Assembly: GCA_030146295.1 (NCBI GenBank)
Contig: JASLCD010000202.1
Location: 7,178-71,177, forward strand
Direction: 5' to 3'
From: Chryseobacterium sp.
GTDB lineage: Bacteria; Bacteroidota; Bacteroidia; Flavobacteriales; Weeksellaceae
DNA length: 64,000 nucleotides
In this document: piece after piece, positions 29,273 through 38,051 of the stretch
How the letters are laid out: each line of letters opens with the position of its first letter
Numbering within the stretch: the stretch's first letter is position 1
The notes under the pieces: model-generated
Databases searched by the model: none
What the model saw: only the letters and a program-made list of their open reading frames with translations
Told to the model about the DNA's origin: nothing
Made by a program: the position numbers and the translations under genes

Positions 29273-29818
29273 TTATAAAGCTGTTGCAGTATAAGTTACT
29301 GTTTGCGTATAAGTTCCGGCTGGTTTACCTAAGATATCAGAAGATGATGATTTCGCCGCTGGAATGGTGTAGTCCAAGTTCAGTGTCAGAGCACTTCCAA
29401 GCGGAGCATTTGATACTAAGGTTTGATCCGTTGCAGATAAAACTACAGCGCTTTTTGTTCCCCCCATGGTTCCGGCAGCTGTAGCGGCTTTGATAGTCAA
29501 AACATTTACGGGGATCAAGTTGGTTCCATTCATAAAATTAGCACCTCCTGCTTTTACTTTAACATTAAAATTCTTCGTTGAAGTAACTTTTAAAGAGTTG
29601 GCTTTAGTAATTGTTTGATCAGAGTTATAATCTGCTGCAGTAACATAGTTAAAGTCAACTGTATTACCAATGGCAGTACTTCCCGCATCAATAGAGATGA
29701 CATCGTTCAGGGTAATGGTTGCCGTTGTGGTTGCCGTTGTATTTTGAGCTTGAACATTGTTGGTTCCTAATAGGATTGCTCCAATAGTTAAAGTTGATAT
29801 TACGATTAGTTTTTTCAT
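29273..29818 (-). CDS. Secreted fimbrial-subunit-like (Csu/spore-coat-U/CS1-like) protein
   Basis: Signal peptide, Thr/Ala-rich N-terminal strand, C-terminal PAGTYTQTVTYTATAL; hairpin at 29211-29232 downstream. Confidence 0.6.
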   Translation of the reverse strand: MKKLIVISTLTIGAILLGTNNVQAQNTTATTTATITLNDVISIDAGSTAIGNTVDFNYVTAADYNSDQTITKANSLKVTSTKNFNVKVKAGGANFMNGTNLIPVNVLTIKAATAAGTMGGTKSAVVLSATDQTLVSNAPLGSALTLNLDYTIPAAKSSSSDILGKPAGTYTQTVTYTATAL

Positions 29819-29956
29819 GATGGTAATTTTTTATTTTTACTTAATTGTTCTTTTGTATACTGCAAATCTACAGCAGCGATAAAAGTTTCTTTGTAGTGGA
29901 AAACGGAAGTTCATGTAGTAAAATCACTACACGGGTTATTCCTATCATCAATAGAA

Positions 29957-29989
29957 AAGCCCTCAACACTTTCTAAGTGTTGAGGGCTT
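29957..29989. terminator. Stem-loop, probable terminator
   Basis: AAGCCCTCAACACTT-TCT-AAGTGTTGAGGGCTT. Confidence 0.7.
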
Positions 29990-30278
29990 ATATAAATTGC
30001 TGTTATCTGTACTATAAAACTGTCGTAATATAAATTACTATTTACGTATAATTTAGGTTTTCACAAAAATTTATAGGTTGGTCAATTTGTTATCATCGTT
30101 TTTTTGAGACTATTTTTTTATTATTAATGTTACTGCTAATCGTATAACTTTCTTCGAAGATATTCATTCTCGTGACAACTATATTTCTAAGTGTACCACT
30201 TAATTATTTTACAAATTTAAGTTCTATTATTTTTTCTTTAACAAGTAAAATGCGGATTCATTTCAGAATTTTGTGACT

Positions 30279-33200
30279 TCAAGACTTATTAGCATTGCTT
30301 TTTAAAAACTGCCCATCTTTGTATATATGCTTCTGTTGCAAGCTATATTCTACCGCTTCAAAAACGCCTTTTTTTATATCCTCCGTCACACGTGAAAAAC
30401 CAAATAATTTAGATACTAAAGGTACTAATTCTTTTGGCTGTATTGCAATAGAGTCGGAAATAACTTTCTGTATGCCCAAATCAATTTCTTCGATAGAAAT
30501 ATATGATATTTTTCTGGAAGTAGATGGAAGAACCGTCCTATTTCTAATCTCCAGTTTTTTTTCAGGATCATATAAAAAATCTCCTTTTTTTATTAATAGA
30601 TTATTATTAGCTGCATAATCAACCGCATTTATTAAAGATGTACGAATGCGGCTCCCCACTTTAGAGATACCATTGGCCTCAGCCATTCTTCTGGCAACTT
30701 CTTCAAAATGAACAGGACTTTCAGTTTTCACAACATTACAAATCCACTCACCAAGCTTTCCCACAGTATGTAAATGGAGCTCACGGTCTGCAATTTCTGA
30801 AGATAATACAGCCTGCTCATATTCTGGATACATATGTTTTTCTGCTGCAGTAGACTCCTCACGGACTAAGTTTCGGAGTTCCTCCATAAGTTCTTCCTCC
30901 AAACTATCATTGTGTTCAGCCTGTGTTTTTGCTCTGTTTACAGCTTCAGCAATCAGCCTAAGCTCTCCGGCTGGGTTACGGAACCAATCCAAACTCCATA
31001 CATGAATTAGATTCCAGCCCATACCTTCAAGGACTGAATTTCTTAATCGATCCCGGTCTCTTACTGATTGAGCATTTTGATAGGATCTGCCGTCACAGTT
31101 TATACCTAATAGGTATCTTCCCGGATGATCAGGATCTGCAATTGCCAAATCAATATAGAACCCTGCAGAACCTACTTTTTCTCGTACAATATATCCCTCT
31201 TTTTTAAGTGTTTCCGCCACTATGCTCTCAAACGGCTGGGGCTGGTAAGGCAACTCGTTCTTATTACTTTCAAATTTTCCATACTGGGCAAAATAAAGAA
31301 AACTTTTCAAAGCACGGATTCCAAATTTTGCATTAGGACCTATAATCATATCTGCCGCTGTAATATTAGTAAAAACCTCACAGCGAATTTTCGCTCTTGT
31401 AATCAGCACATTGAGTCTACGTTCCCCTCCTTCATTATTAAGTGGCCCAAAGCTCATCGGTACTTTCCCGTCTTCAGTTCTCCCGTAGCCTAAGCTTATA
31501 AAAATAACATCTCTTTCATCTCCCTGTACATTTTCCAGATTTTTCACAAAAAAAGGTTCGTCTGCATGCTCCCTAAAATAATTTTCAACCTCAGGATTTT
31601 TTCTTCTTCTTATTTCTATAGCGTTTTGAATTGCCTGCATTTGCGCTGTACTGAAGGCAACTACTCCCAGACTTAACTTGTGATTAGTCAAAGCGTGTTG
31701 AATAACAGCATTTGCTACTTCCTCCGCTTCTCTTGGATTGGTACGGGTTTTACCCTTATCATAATATGTATCCGGCAAATGATTAAATACAAGCCCCATC
31801 CTATTTTTTGATCCCGGGCTTGGGAAAATTACTAACTTATCTTCATAAAATTCCTGGTTAGAAAGACTAATCAGGGATTCATGTCGGCTTCTATAATGCC
31901 AACGCAACATCCGTTGTGGAGCTCCCTGTGCATCGCACATGCCTAAGATACTTTGCATATCGGCTGTTACGTTGTCTTCATCTTCCGTATCAGTATTCAG
32001 CTTATCAAAAAAGCTAGTCGGAGGCATTTGCCTGGTATCTCCTACTACCACAATCTGCCTTCCTCTCAGGATGGCTCCCAGTGCATCAACTGGTCTTACC
32101 TGACTGGCTTCGTCAAAGATTACCAAGTCAAAATCAATACTGTTTGGAGGCAGCAAACTAGCAATTGACATTGGACTCATCATAAAAACAGGTTTGATCG
32201 CTTGAATTGCCATGCCTGCCTCTTGCACTAGTCTCCGTACCGACATATGTCTCGCTTTACGGTTAAATTCACTTTTCAGTATATTGATCTGGCCGCCACC
32301 GTCTTGCTTAGGCACTCCTTCCCAGTGCTTTAAAGCAACCTTTGCCCTGTTATAGTATTGTTTCAATACATCCATTCTTCTAAATCCAGCAATGGTTTCT
32401 TCGTGGGTAGACCGTTCAAACTTTCTCAGTTCTGCACTTTCAATCATAGCCTGCTCAAGAAGATAATCATACCAGGTTTTCTGGAAAGCAGTTTTCAAAT
32501 AAGATGCAGCATCGTCCCAGTTTTCAACTGCCTTAATAAGAAAACCGGCTCCATTCTGTTGGATCTCATCCTTTAAAACATTCCATTGAACGACTTTATG
32601 AATTTCTGGCAGCTGCTCTTTCCAAAGGCTCAGAACCGCAACCTGCTTAGAGAGCTTAAAGCCTTCAATACCATTGCCCTCAAAATCCAGATGCTTAAAT
32701 ATTGCTTTGAAAGCTTTCTGCTTCTCATCTGCAAAACGGATAGTATTTTCTGAATATTGTCTTATAGTATCCTGATTTTTATTTTTTTCTAACAGCTCTA
32801 TAATTTCTGGATAACCATCCCCTTTACTTACAAAACTATGAACTTTCTGTAAATATTCTGTCCCCATTTTCAACGTTGCCCAATCTTTTTGCTGTTTAAG
32901 CCAATGCTGCCCATAAAGTTGGGCTCCCAATCTTTCGAAAGGTTGTAATGATGAAGAAAGTCTTTTTTCTTCCATTATAATATTCACCAGCTCTAGCTTT
33001 TTTTCTAAAAGATCTGGCATTGGAGAATTTAACATGGAACCAAGCTTAATTACACTTTTTTTATAATCTCCGATGATGAATCTGTACCACTTTTTACCAT
33101 GAACAATTAAATTTTGCCTGATTTCCATCATATCCTGGTTCCAAGCTTCAGGAATAAATACTGAATCATAAGTACGATGGATTTCAGCTAGTCTGCTACC

Positions 33201-34937
33201 GATCTCTAGCATCATATCAATATCGGCTTTATTATTTAGCCATGCATTATCTCTTACAGACATTGAACCTATCCCAGGATTTTGTAGAATGAGTTCAACA
33301 GTATCCACAGTTTTGTTGATTTCTTCAATATCTACTGGGATCGGAAATTCCAGATATTCAGAAAGTGTATTTGAAGCATTTATGAGATTTTCTGTTAGCT
33401 CTATCCCATTTGCCAGCAATTCTTTTGCAAGCTCTTCATCTTTAGGAAGAAAAACTGATAAGGTACTGCCATAGAAGATCAGGTTTTCAGGAGATCCTAT
33501 TTTATTAAGCCTTACCTGAATCTTTTCGGCACTGCGTTCAAGATCCCAGATTTCCGCAGAAGTTAACGTTGAAAGATTTTCTATATTGATTTTGGGAAAT
33601 TTATAGCCTTTATTTTCAGCATCTATTTTTAACAATAACCCTATTATGTCATGCACAGATAAGCCGCTTTGTCCGGCGGGCCGGTTTATCTCGTCTGCAT
33701 AAGTATTCAGTTCATTGGTTACCGGCTCCAATAAGCGGATTTCATCTTCAAGATGAGCCATTGTGGGTTTACCTAGTTCTAAAATACGTTTCAACTCTGC
33801 GTGGAGCTCACGTTTATTAGCTTTATTACTGTGGAGCTCGAGGCAGGCTTCACCTAAACCGATACTGTCCAATCTCCTTTTTACTACTTCCAGCGCAGCC
33901 ATTTTTTCCGCTACAAACAGTACCTTTTTTCCGGTGCCGATCGCATTGGCAATAAGATTGGTAATAGTCTGAGATTTTCCGGTTCCCGGAGGACCCTGGA
34001 TGACCATATTTCTACCTTCATGCACCGCCAGCATGGCGATAACCTGGGAACTGTCTGCATCTACTACCTGCAATAACTTATTTGCATCCGTCTCCTTATC
34101 TAGCATGTGCTCTTCTCCAACTGTAGGTTGTGGCTCAGTAAATCCGTTTCCAAATAAAGACTGCAATATCGGATGGTCGTATGGTTTTTTGGTCTGCGGC
34201 CACTCGTTGCTGTCTAGATCATGATAGATCATGAATTTACCAAAGGAAAAGAATCCTAACTCAATAGCATTAGATTCTACCTTCCAGTTTTCAAGATGAT
34301 TTATATGCTCCTGAATTTTATTAAAATATTCGTCGATATCAAGATCTTCATCCTCGGGAAGATTCGGAATAGTGATATTAAAATCCATCATCATTTTGGC
34401 CTGAAGAGATAAATTAGCTCCGATTTCACCACCAGTATATCGTAACCTAAATCTTTCGCTGGCACTTGACCGTTCTAATGCAACAGGAACAAGTATAAGT
34501 GGTGCTAATTTAACATCCTCTTTGCCTGTTTCAAACCAGCAAAGCATTCCCAGTGATAAAAATAAGGTATTTACTCCCTGTTCTTCAATACTTGTTTTTG
34601 CTGCGTAATAAGTATTTAGAATTTTTGTCTGAAGCTTTTGTTCTGATTCATTAGTTTGGAGTCTGGTATCGTTATAAGCATCCTGCAGCTCAGCTTCTGA
34701 GAGCGGAGGCAATTCAAAAAGCTCATCATCATCATCTTTGCCGGGTCTGCCTAAAAAAGTCATCGCTTTATTCTGCTTTACCAGAATATTATAGATGGAA
34801 ATTGACTGTTCCTGGACAATGTGCAAACCTCGGGCTTTCGGAATTTTGTAATTTAATAATGTGTTACGCATCCCAAGATCCAGCAGCTCCTTCCTTGCTG
34901 CTTCTAGCTTGGGAGATAAGAGATCTCTCATATTCAT
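30279..34937 (-). CDS. DUF4011 + SF1 (Upf1-like) helicase + Vsr/MTES-type REase + DUF3320 protein (Hhe-like defence candidate)
   Basis: LLDLGMRNTLLN; GPPGTGKS; FDEASQ; VGDTRQMPP; WHYRS; VQGDERD; RLNVLITRA; IDLAI...GINCDG...RDRDRLR; ESPVHFEEVARR. Confidence 0.85.
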   Translation of the reverse strand: MNMRDLLSPKLEAARKELLDLGMRNTLLNYKIPKARGLHIVQEQSISIYNILVKQNKAMTFLGRPGKDDDDELFELPPLSEAELQDAYNDTRLQTNESEQKLQTKILNTYYAAKTSIEEQGVNTLFLSLGMLCWFETGKEDVKLAPLILVPVALERSSASERFRLRYTGGEIGANLSLQAKMMMDFNITIPNLPEDEDLDIDEYFNKIQEHINHLENWKVESNAIELGFFSFGKFMIYHDLDSNEWPQTKKPYDHPILQSLFGNGFTEPQPTVGEEHMLDKETDANKLLQVVDADSSQVIAMLAVHEGRNMVIQGPPGTGKSQTITNLIANAIGTGKKVLFVAEKMAALEVVKRRLDSIGLGEACLELHSNKANKRELHAELKRILELGKPTMAHLEDEIRLLEPVTNELNTYADEINRPAGQSGLSVHDIIGLLLKIDAENKGYKFPKINIENLSTLTSAEIWDLERSAEKIQVRLNKIGSPENLIFYGSTLSVFLPKDEELAKELLANGIELTENLINASNTLSEYLEFPIPVDIEEINKTVDTVELILQNPGIGSMSVRDNAWLNNKADIDMMLEIGSRLAEIHRTYDSVFIPEAWNQDMMEIRQNLIVHGKKWYRFIIGDYKKSVIKLGSMLNSPMPDLLEKKLELVNIIMEEKRLSSSLQPFERLGAQLYGQHWLKQQKDWATLKMGTEYLQKVHSFVSKGDGYPEIIELLEKNKNQDTIRQYSENTIRFADEKQKAFKAIFKHLDFEGNGIEGFKLSKQVAVLSLWKEQLPEIHKVVQWNVLKDEIQQNGAGFLIKAVENWDDAASYLKTAFQKTWYDYLLEQAMIESAELRKFERSTHEETIAGFRRMDVLKQYYNRAKVALKHWEGVPKQDGGGQINILKSEFNRKARHMSVRRLVQEAGMAIQAIKPVFMMSPMSIASLLPPNSIDFDLVIFDEASQVRPVDALGAILRGRQIVVVGDTRQMPPTSFFDKLNTDTEDEDNVTADMQSILGMCDAQGAPQRMLRWHYRSRHESLISLSNQEFYEDKLVIFPSPGSKNRMGLVFNHLPDTYYDKGKTRTNPREAEEVANAVIQHALTNHKLSLGVVAFSTAQMQAIQNAIEIRRRKNPEVENYFREHADEPFFVKNLENVQGDERDVIFISLGYGRTEDGKVPMSFGPLNNEGGERRLNVLITRAKIRCEVFTNITAADMIIGPNAKFGIRALKSFLYFAQYGKFESNKNELPYQPQPFESIVAETLKKEGYIVREKVGSAGFYIDLAIADPDHPGRYLLGINCDGRSYQNAQSVRDRDRLRNSVLEGMGWNLIHVWSLDWFRNPAGELRLIAEAVNRAKTQAEHNDSLEEELMEELRNLVREESTAAEKHMYPEYEQAVLSSEIADRELHLHTVGKLGEWICNVVKTESPVHFEEVARRMAEANGISKVGSRIRTSLINAVDYAANNNLLIKKGDFLYDPEKKLEIRNRTVLPSTSRKISYISIEEIDLGIQKVISDSIAIQPKELVPLVSKLFGFSRVTEDIKKGVFEAVEYSLQQKHIYKDGQFLKSNANKS

Positions 34938-35292
34938 GATTATTATAAGTCTCTAATGTAGAAAAAAAAGAGGATATTGAAAAACGGAAACACGTAAAAT
35001 TATAGCATCGTTTCGTTTGTCCTTATATTAAATGATTGCTTTCGCTTCGAAACTTGTTACATTATCAAGGATACTTGTCTGCTTCACTCTGGCTTGTCTG
35101 GATATTTACATTGGCTATCCACATTGAACTAATTGTACCTTGGCATTGATCAGTGAACTGGCGACCCAGGAATTTATTATTGAGATTGGGCTCTTTTCGG
35201 ATTCTATGCAGATAAACGGCAATCTGTACTACATCTCTTGTTTGAAGGGATAATCGAACATCCATCTTACTAATCACAGTTCCAAGATTAAT

Positions 35293-35502
35293 GGTGATGG
35301 TATAATAAGGCCGTTTTTTATTGGTATGGTAACGCTGTATCTTGAGTTTATGCTAAATAACTAAATTATATATTGGTTATCAAGCAATTGATCACTATCT
35401 ACTTCGATAAATCTAGATTGGTTATTTGCTGCCTGCTCTTTTAGGATGTCAAATCGTTCTATGTTCCATCCAAGCTCTAAATTCTGTTCTTTCAATATTC
35501 AT
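35293..35502 (-). pseudogene. Degenerate HTH_17/excisionase-like gene of Bacteroidetes ICE type
   Basis: MNIERTEFRAWME / frameshift / IERFDILKEQAANNQSRFIEVDSDQLLDNQYII* / QRYHTNKKRPYYTI; truncated. Confidence 0.7.
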
Positions 35503-35606
35503 TATGGTGATTTTAAAATTGCCGGTGATGTAAAATTGGACAACAGAAATCATAATAAAATCACTAGTTTGTTGCAGTACTAAAAAGATTTTTGTTTTTA
35601 ATCCAT

Positions 35607-35646
35607 AAAAAATACTGCAAGAATCCATTCCCTTGCAGTATTTTTA
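35607..35646. terminator. Bidirectional terminator
   Basis: AAAAAATACTGCAAG...CTTGCAGTATTTTTT. Confidence 0.75.
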
Positions 35647-35697
35647 TGTGTTTTTAGAATCGCTGAGCCTTGTTATTTAGATAAAAAAGCTACTATA

Positions 35698-36804
35698 TTA
35701 GTTTTGGAATTTTACAAAATCCAGATAAAAAGAGGGATTTCCGGCATTGAATGAGGAGGGTATTATTCCATTTGTTTTACCTGCAAAGACGGTATAAGTT
35801 CCTGGTGTTGCAAAATATAATACACGGTTCTGATCTCTTGGAAACATGAATGCAGCAGTGTTTGATCCACAGTAGCTTCTCCAGACATCACCAATCCCAT
35901 TAATATAGAAAAAGTAATCATTACAGTCGGAATTGATGGCGACTCCACATCGGAAAAAATACCAACCCTTAGCCGAAATTGTAACCTGAACTCCCGTATT
36001 CAATCCAGAGCCTCCTGTGACCCCTGTAAAAGGATTTATCAGTGTTCCGGTATATGGTGTCCAATTATTCGCAAATGCCGTAGTAACAGTGGATGACCAT
36101 GTTGCTAAACCATTAGTGTCACTTGTAAGTACATACCCCAGCTGCTGAGTACCGTCTTTAATCTGAAGGGCTCCATTAGTAGTTCCGTTGTCAATAACAA
36201 CTTTGGCATTAGATGCACCCGCTGGTACTGTATTGGTTCCCATCAGTACTTTTCCTGTACCGTTGATACTCAAATTGTTTCCAGCCATTGCAATATTAGT
36301 AGCTTGCGAAAGAGTTCCTCCCAGTTTTACATCTGTACCTGACAATGCAATACCGTTACTTGCCGTCACTTTTGAAAGTATCTCCCATGTAGAAGTAGGC
36401 CCTGTAAGTCCAGTACTAATAATTTCTAAACTTTGGTTTGGGGACACAATAACGCTGGGGTTTCCATTAATGGTCTCTGGAGCTGTGGAATTTACTGTAA
36501 TGCTAAAGTTTGTATTATTTTTAATTCTATAAATACGTCCTTTATAATTTCCAATTCCACTTATGGCGGGAGGCAGAGTAAAAATAGCATCGGAACTTCC
36601 ATTATATGAGACATGGAAATCTGATGAGGTCAAATTATAAGAGTTTGTATTGATAATGTTATAATTTGCTGCTAATGATCCGGAGATATCCATAGTGGAA
36701 CCAGGATTCGCAGTATTAATACCAACATTACCTGCCTGAGAAAAAACAATAGCAGGGCTTAAAGCTAGCATTGCAAAAAATAATTTTGTATAAATCTTAC
36801 CCAT
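35698..36804 (-). CDS. Secreted beta-rich protein of the Chryseobacterium VGINT type
   Basis: Signal peptide, GNVGINTANP, ALQIKDGTQQLGYVLTSDTNGLATW; function unknown. Confidence 0.75.
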   Translation of the reverse strand: MGKIYTKLFFAMLALSPAIVFSQAGNVGINTANPGSTMDISGSLAANYNIINTNSYNLTSSDFHVSYNGSSDAIFTLPPAISGIGNYKGRIYRIKNNTNFSITVNSTAPETINGNPSVIVSPNQSLEIISTGLTGPTSTWEILSKVTASNGIALSGTDVKLGGTLSQATNIAMAGNNLSINGTGKVLMGTNTVPAGASNAKVVIDNGTTNGALQIKDGTQQLGYVLTSDTNGLATWSSTVTTAFANNWTPYTGTLINPFTGVTGGSGLNTGVQVTISAKGWYFFRCGVAINSDCNDYFFYINGIGDVWRSYCGSNTAAFMFPRDQNRVLYFATPGTYTVFAGKTNGIIPSSFNAGNPSFYLDFVKFQN

Positions 36805-37157
36805 TCTTTATTCTTTTATATATCTTAATTGATACTGTTATTACAGGAGTAAAGATATCTGAAGATTTATATAGAAAATTTATATATGTTGTGGAAATAC
36901 ATGGATAAGCCTGTGGAAAAATATCCACAACTTATAAATTCAAAGAGTGAGTTTCCCCATACAATAAATTGTTCCTAACCTAAGGAAGCGGAAAATCATA
37001 AAAAAGAAAGAAGAAGACGATTTTTAGGATAACCTTTTATGAGTAATTTTTTAAAATTTGTAATTGGCAAACTTTATAAGTGTTGTTCCCCGTGTAAGTA
37101 TTATTTTGAATGGTTGCATAAGATTCTCTTTTATAAAAAAGTTAAAATCATAAATTA

Positions 37158-38039
37158 TCATGATACTGTTGATTTTTCTAAAAATATATCAACAGTATTA
37201 TTAATAGCCAGATAATGTAATGATTTATAATAGCGATACAGATAATCATATATTATCATCTCAAATATTCTTTGATTGGAGACAAACAATCTATTAATAT
37301 TCATATGAAAGAAACTTTTAAAGAAAGCCTCCACAGCAACCTCTAAAGTTTGATTCTTACTATGGTAAATAATATTTTGTAATATTAAAACCATCTCGTC
37401 AATATTGGAAATAACAGCTTCTCTTTCTTCCGCAAACTCTTCAGATTTTATAAAATCTATGAACTGCGGTTTAAAAGCTCTGTATTTTTTATCTAACTGA
37501 CTGTTAAGTCTTTTATCTGCATTAAATTCCTTTTTAAAAGCTATATTATAACTGTGTAGCCATTCCGTCTTTTCATAAACAGAAAGATTAAGCTTATCTA
37601 ATAGTGTATCAATATAAAATAGAGAAATAATGATTTTTTCTTCATCATCATAATCCAAACATTGTATGGAAAATTCACTATTTCTGTAAAATAATGTTTC
37701 TGCATCTTCAATGGTATTTCTGCCATACCTTTCGATCTCTCTTTTGTAGATGTCTGTCTGAATAGACGAAATCTCACCACTGGCAACAAATTCCTGCAGA
37801 ACAACATTGATTCTTTCAAGAACTTTGTTATATTCTTCAGTGTTATATAAATTAAATCTTATTCTTAGATGTGGTTTAGGATCATTATAACGAATAAAAA
37901 ACCATTTTGATATATATTTTGCCTCATGAAGATAGACAACTAAAGGCATAATTACCTCTTCCAGAATCAGATCTGAAGTTTTTACACCTGTATAAATTTT
38001 CATGTAAAGCCATTCGCTGCCAATAATAAATTGTCTCAT
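37158..38039 (-). CDS. LanB elimination domain (Lant_dehydr_C / thiopeptide-type)
   Basis: EWLYMKIY, WFFIRYNDPKPHLRIRF, YKREIERYG, HMNINRLF. Confidence 0.9.
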   Translation of the reverse strand: MRQFIIGSEWLYMKIYTGVKTSDLILEEVIMPLVVYLHEAKYISKWFFIRYNDPKPHLRIRFNLYNTEEYNKVLERINVVLQEFVASGEISSIQTDIYKREIERYGRNTIEDAETLFYRNSEFSIQCLDYDDEEKIIISLFYIDTLLDKLNLSVYEKTEWLHSYNIAFKKEFNADKRLNSQLDKKYRAFKPQFIDFIKSEEFAEEREAVISNIDEMVLILQNIIYHSKNQTLEVAVEAFFKSFFHMNINRLFVSNQRIFEMIIYDYLYRYYKSLHYLAINNTVDIFLEKSTVS

Positions 38040-38051
38040 TTCCCTTATTAA

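Noticed and set aside
35065..35277. 70-aa ORF next to the HTH pseudogene
   Set aside because: GTG start, no recognisable motif, lies in decayed DNA; may be a remnant but cannot be supported.
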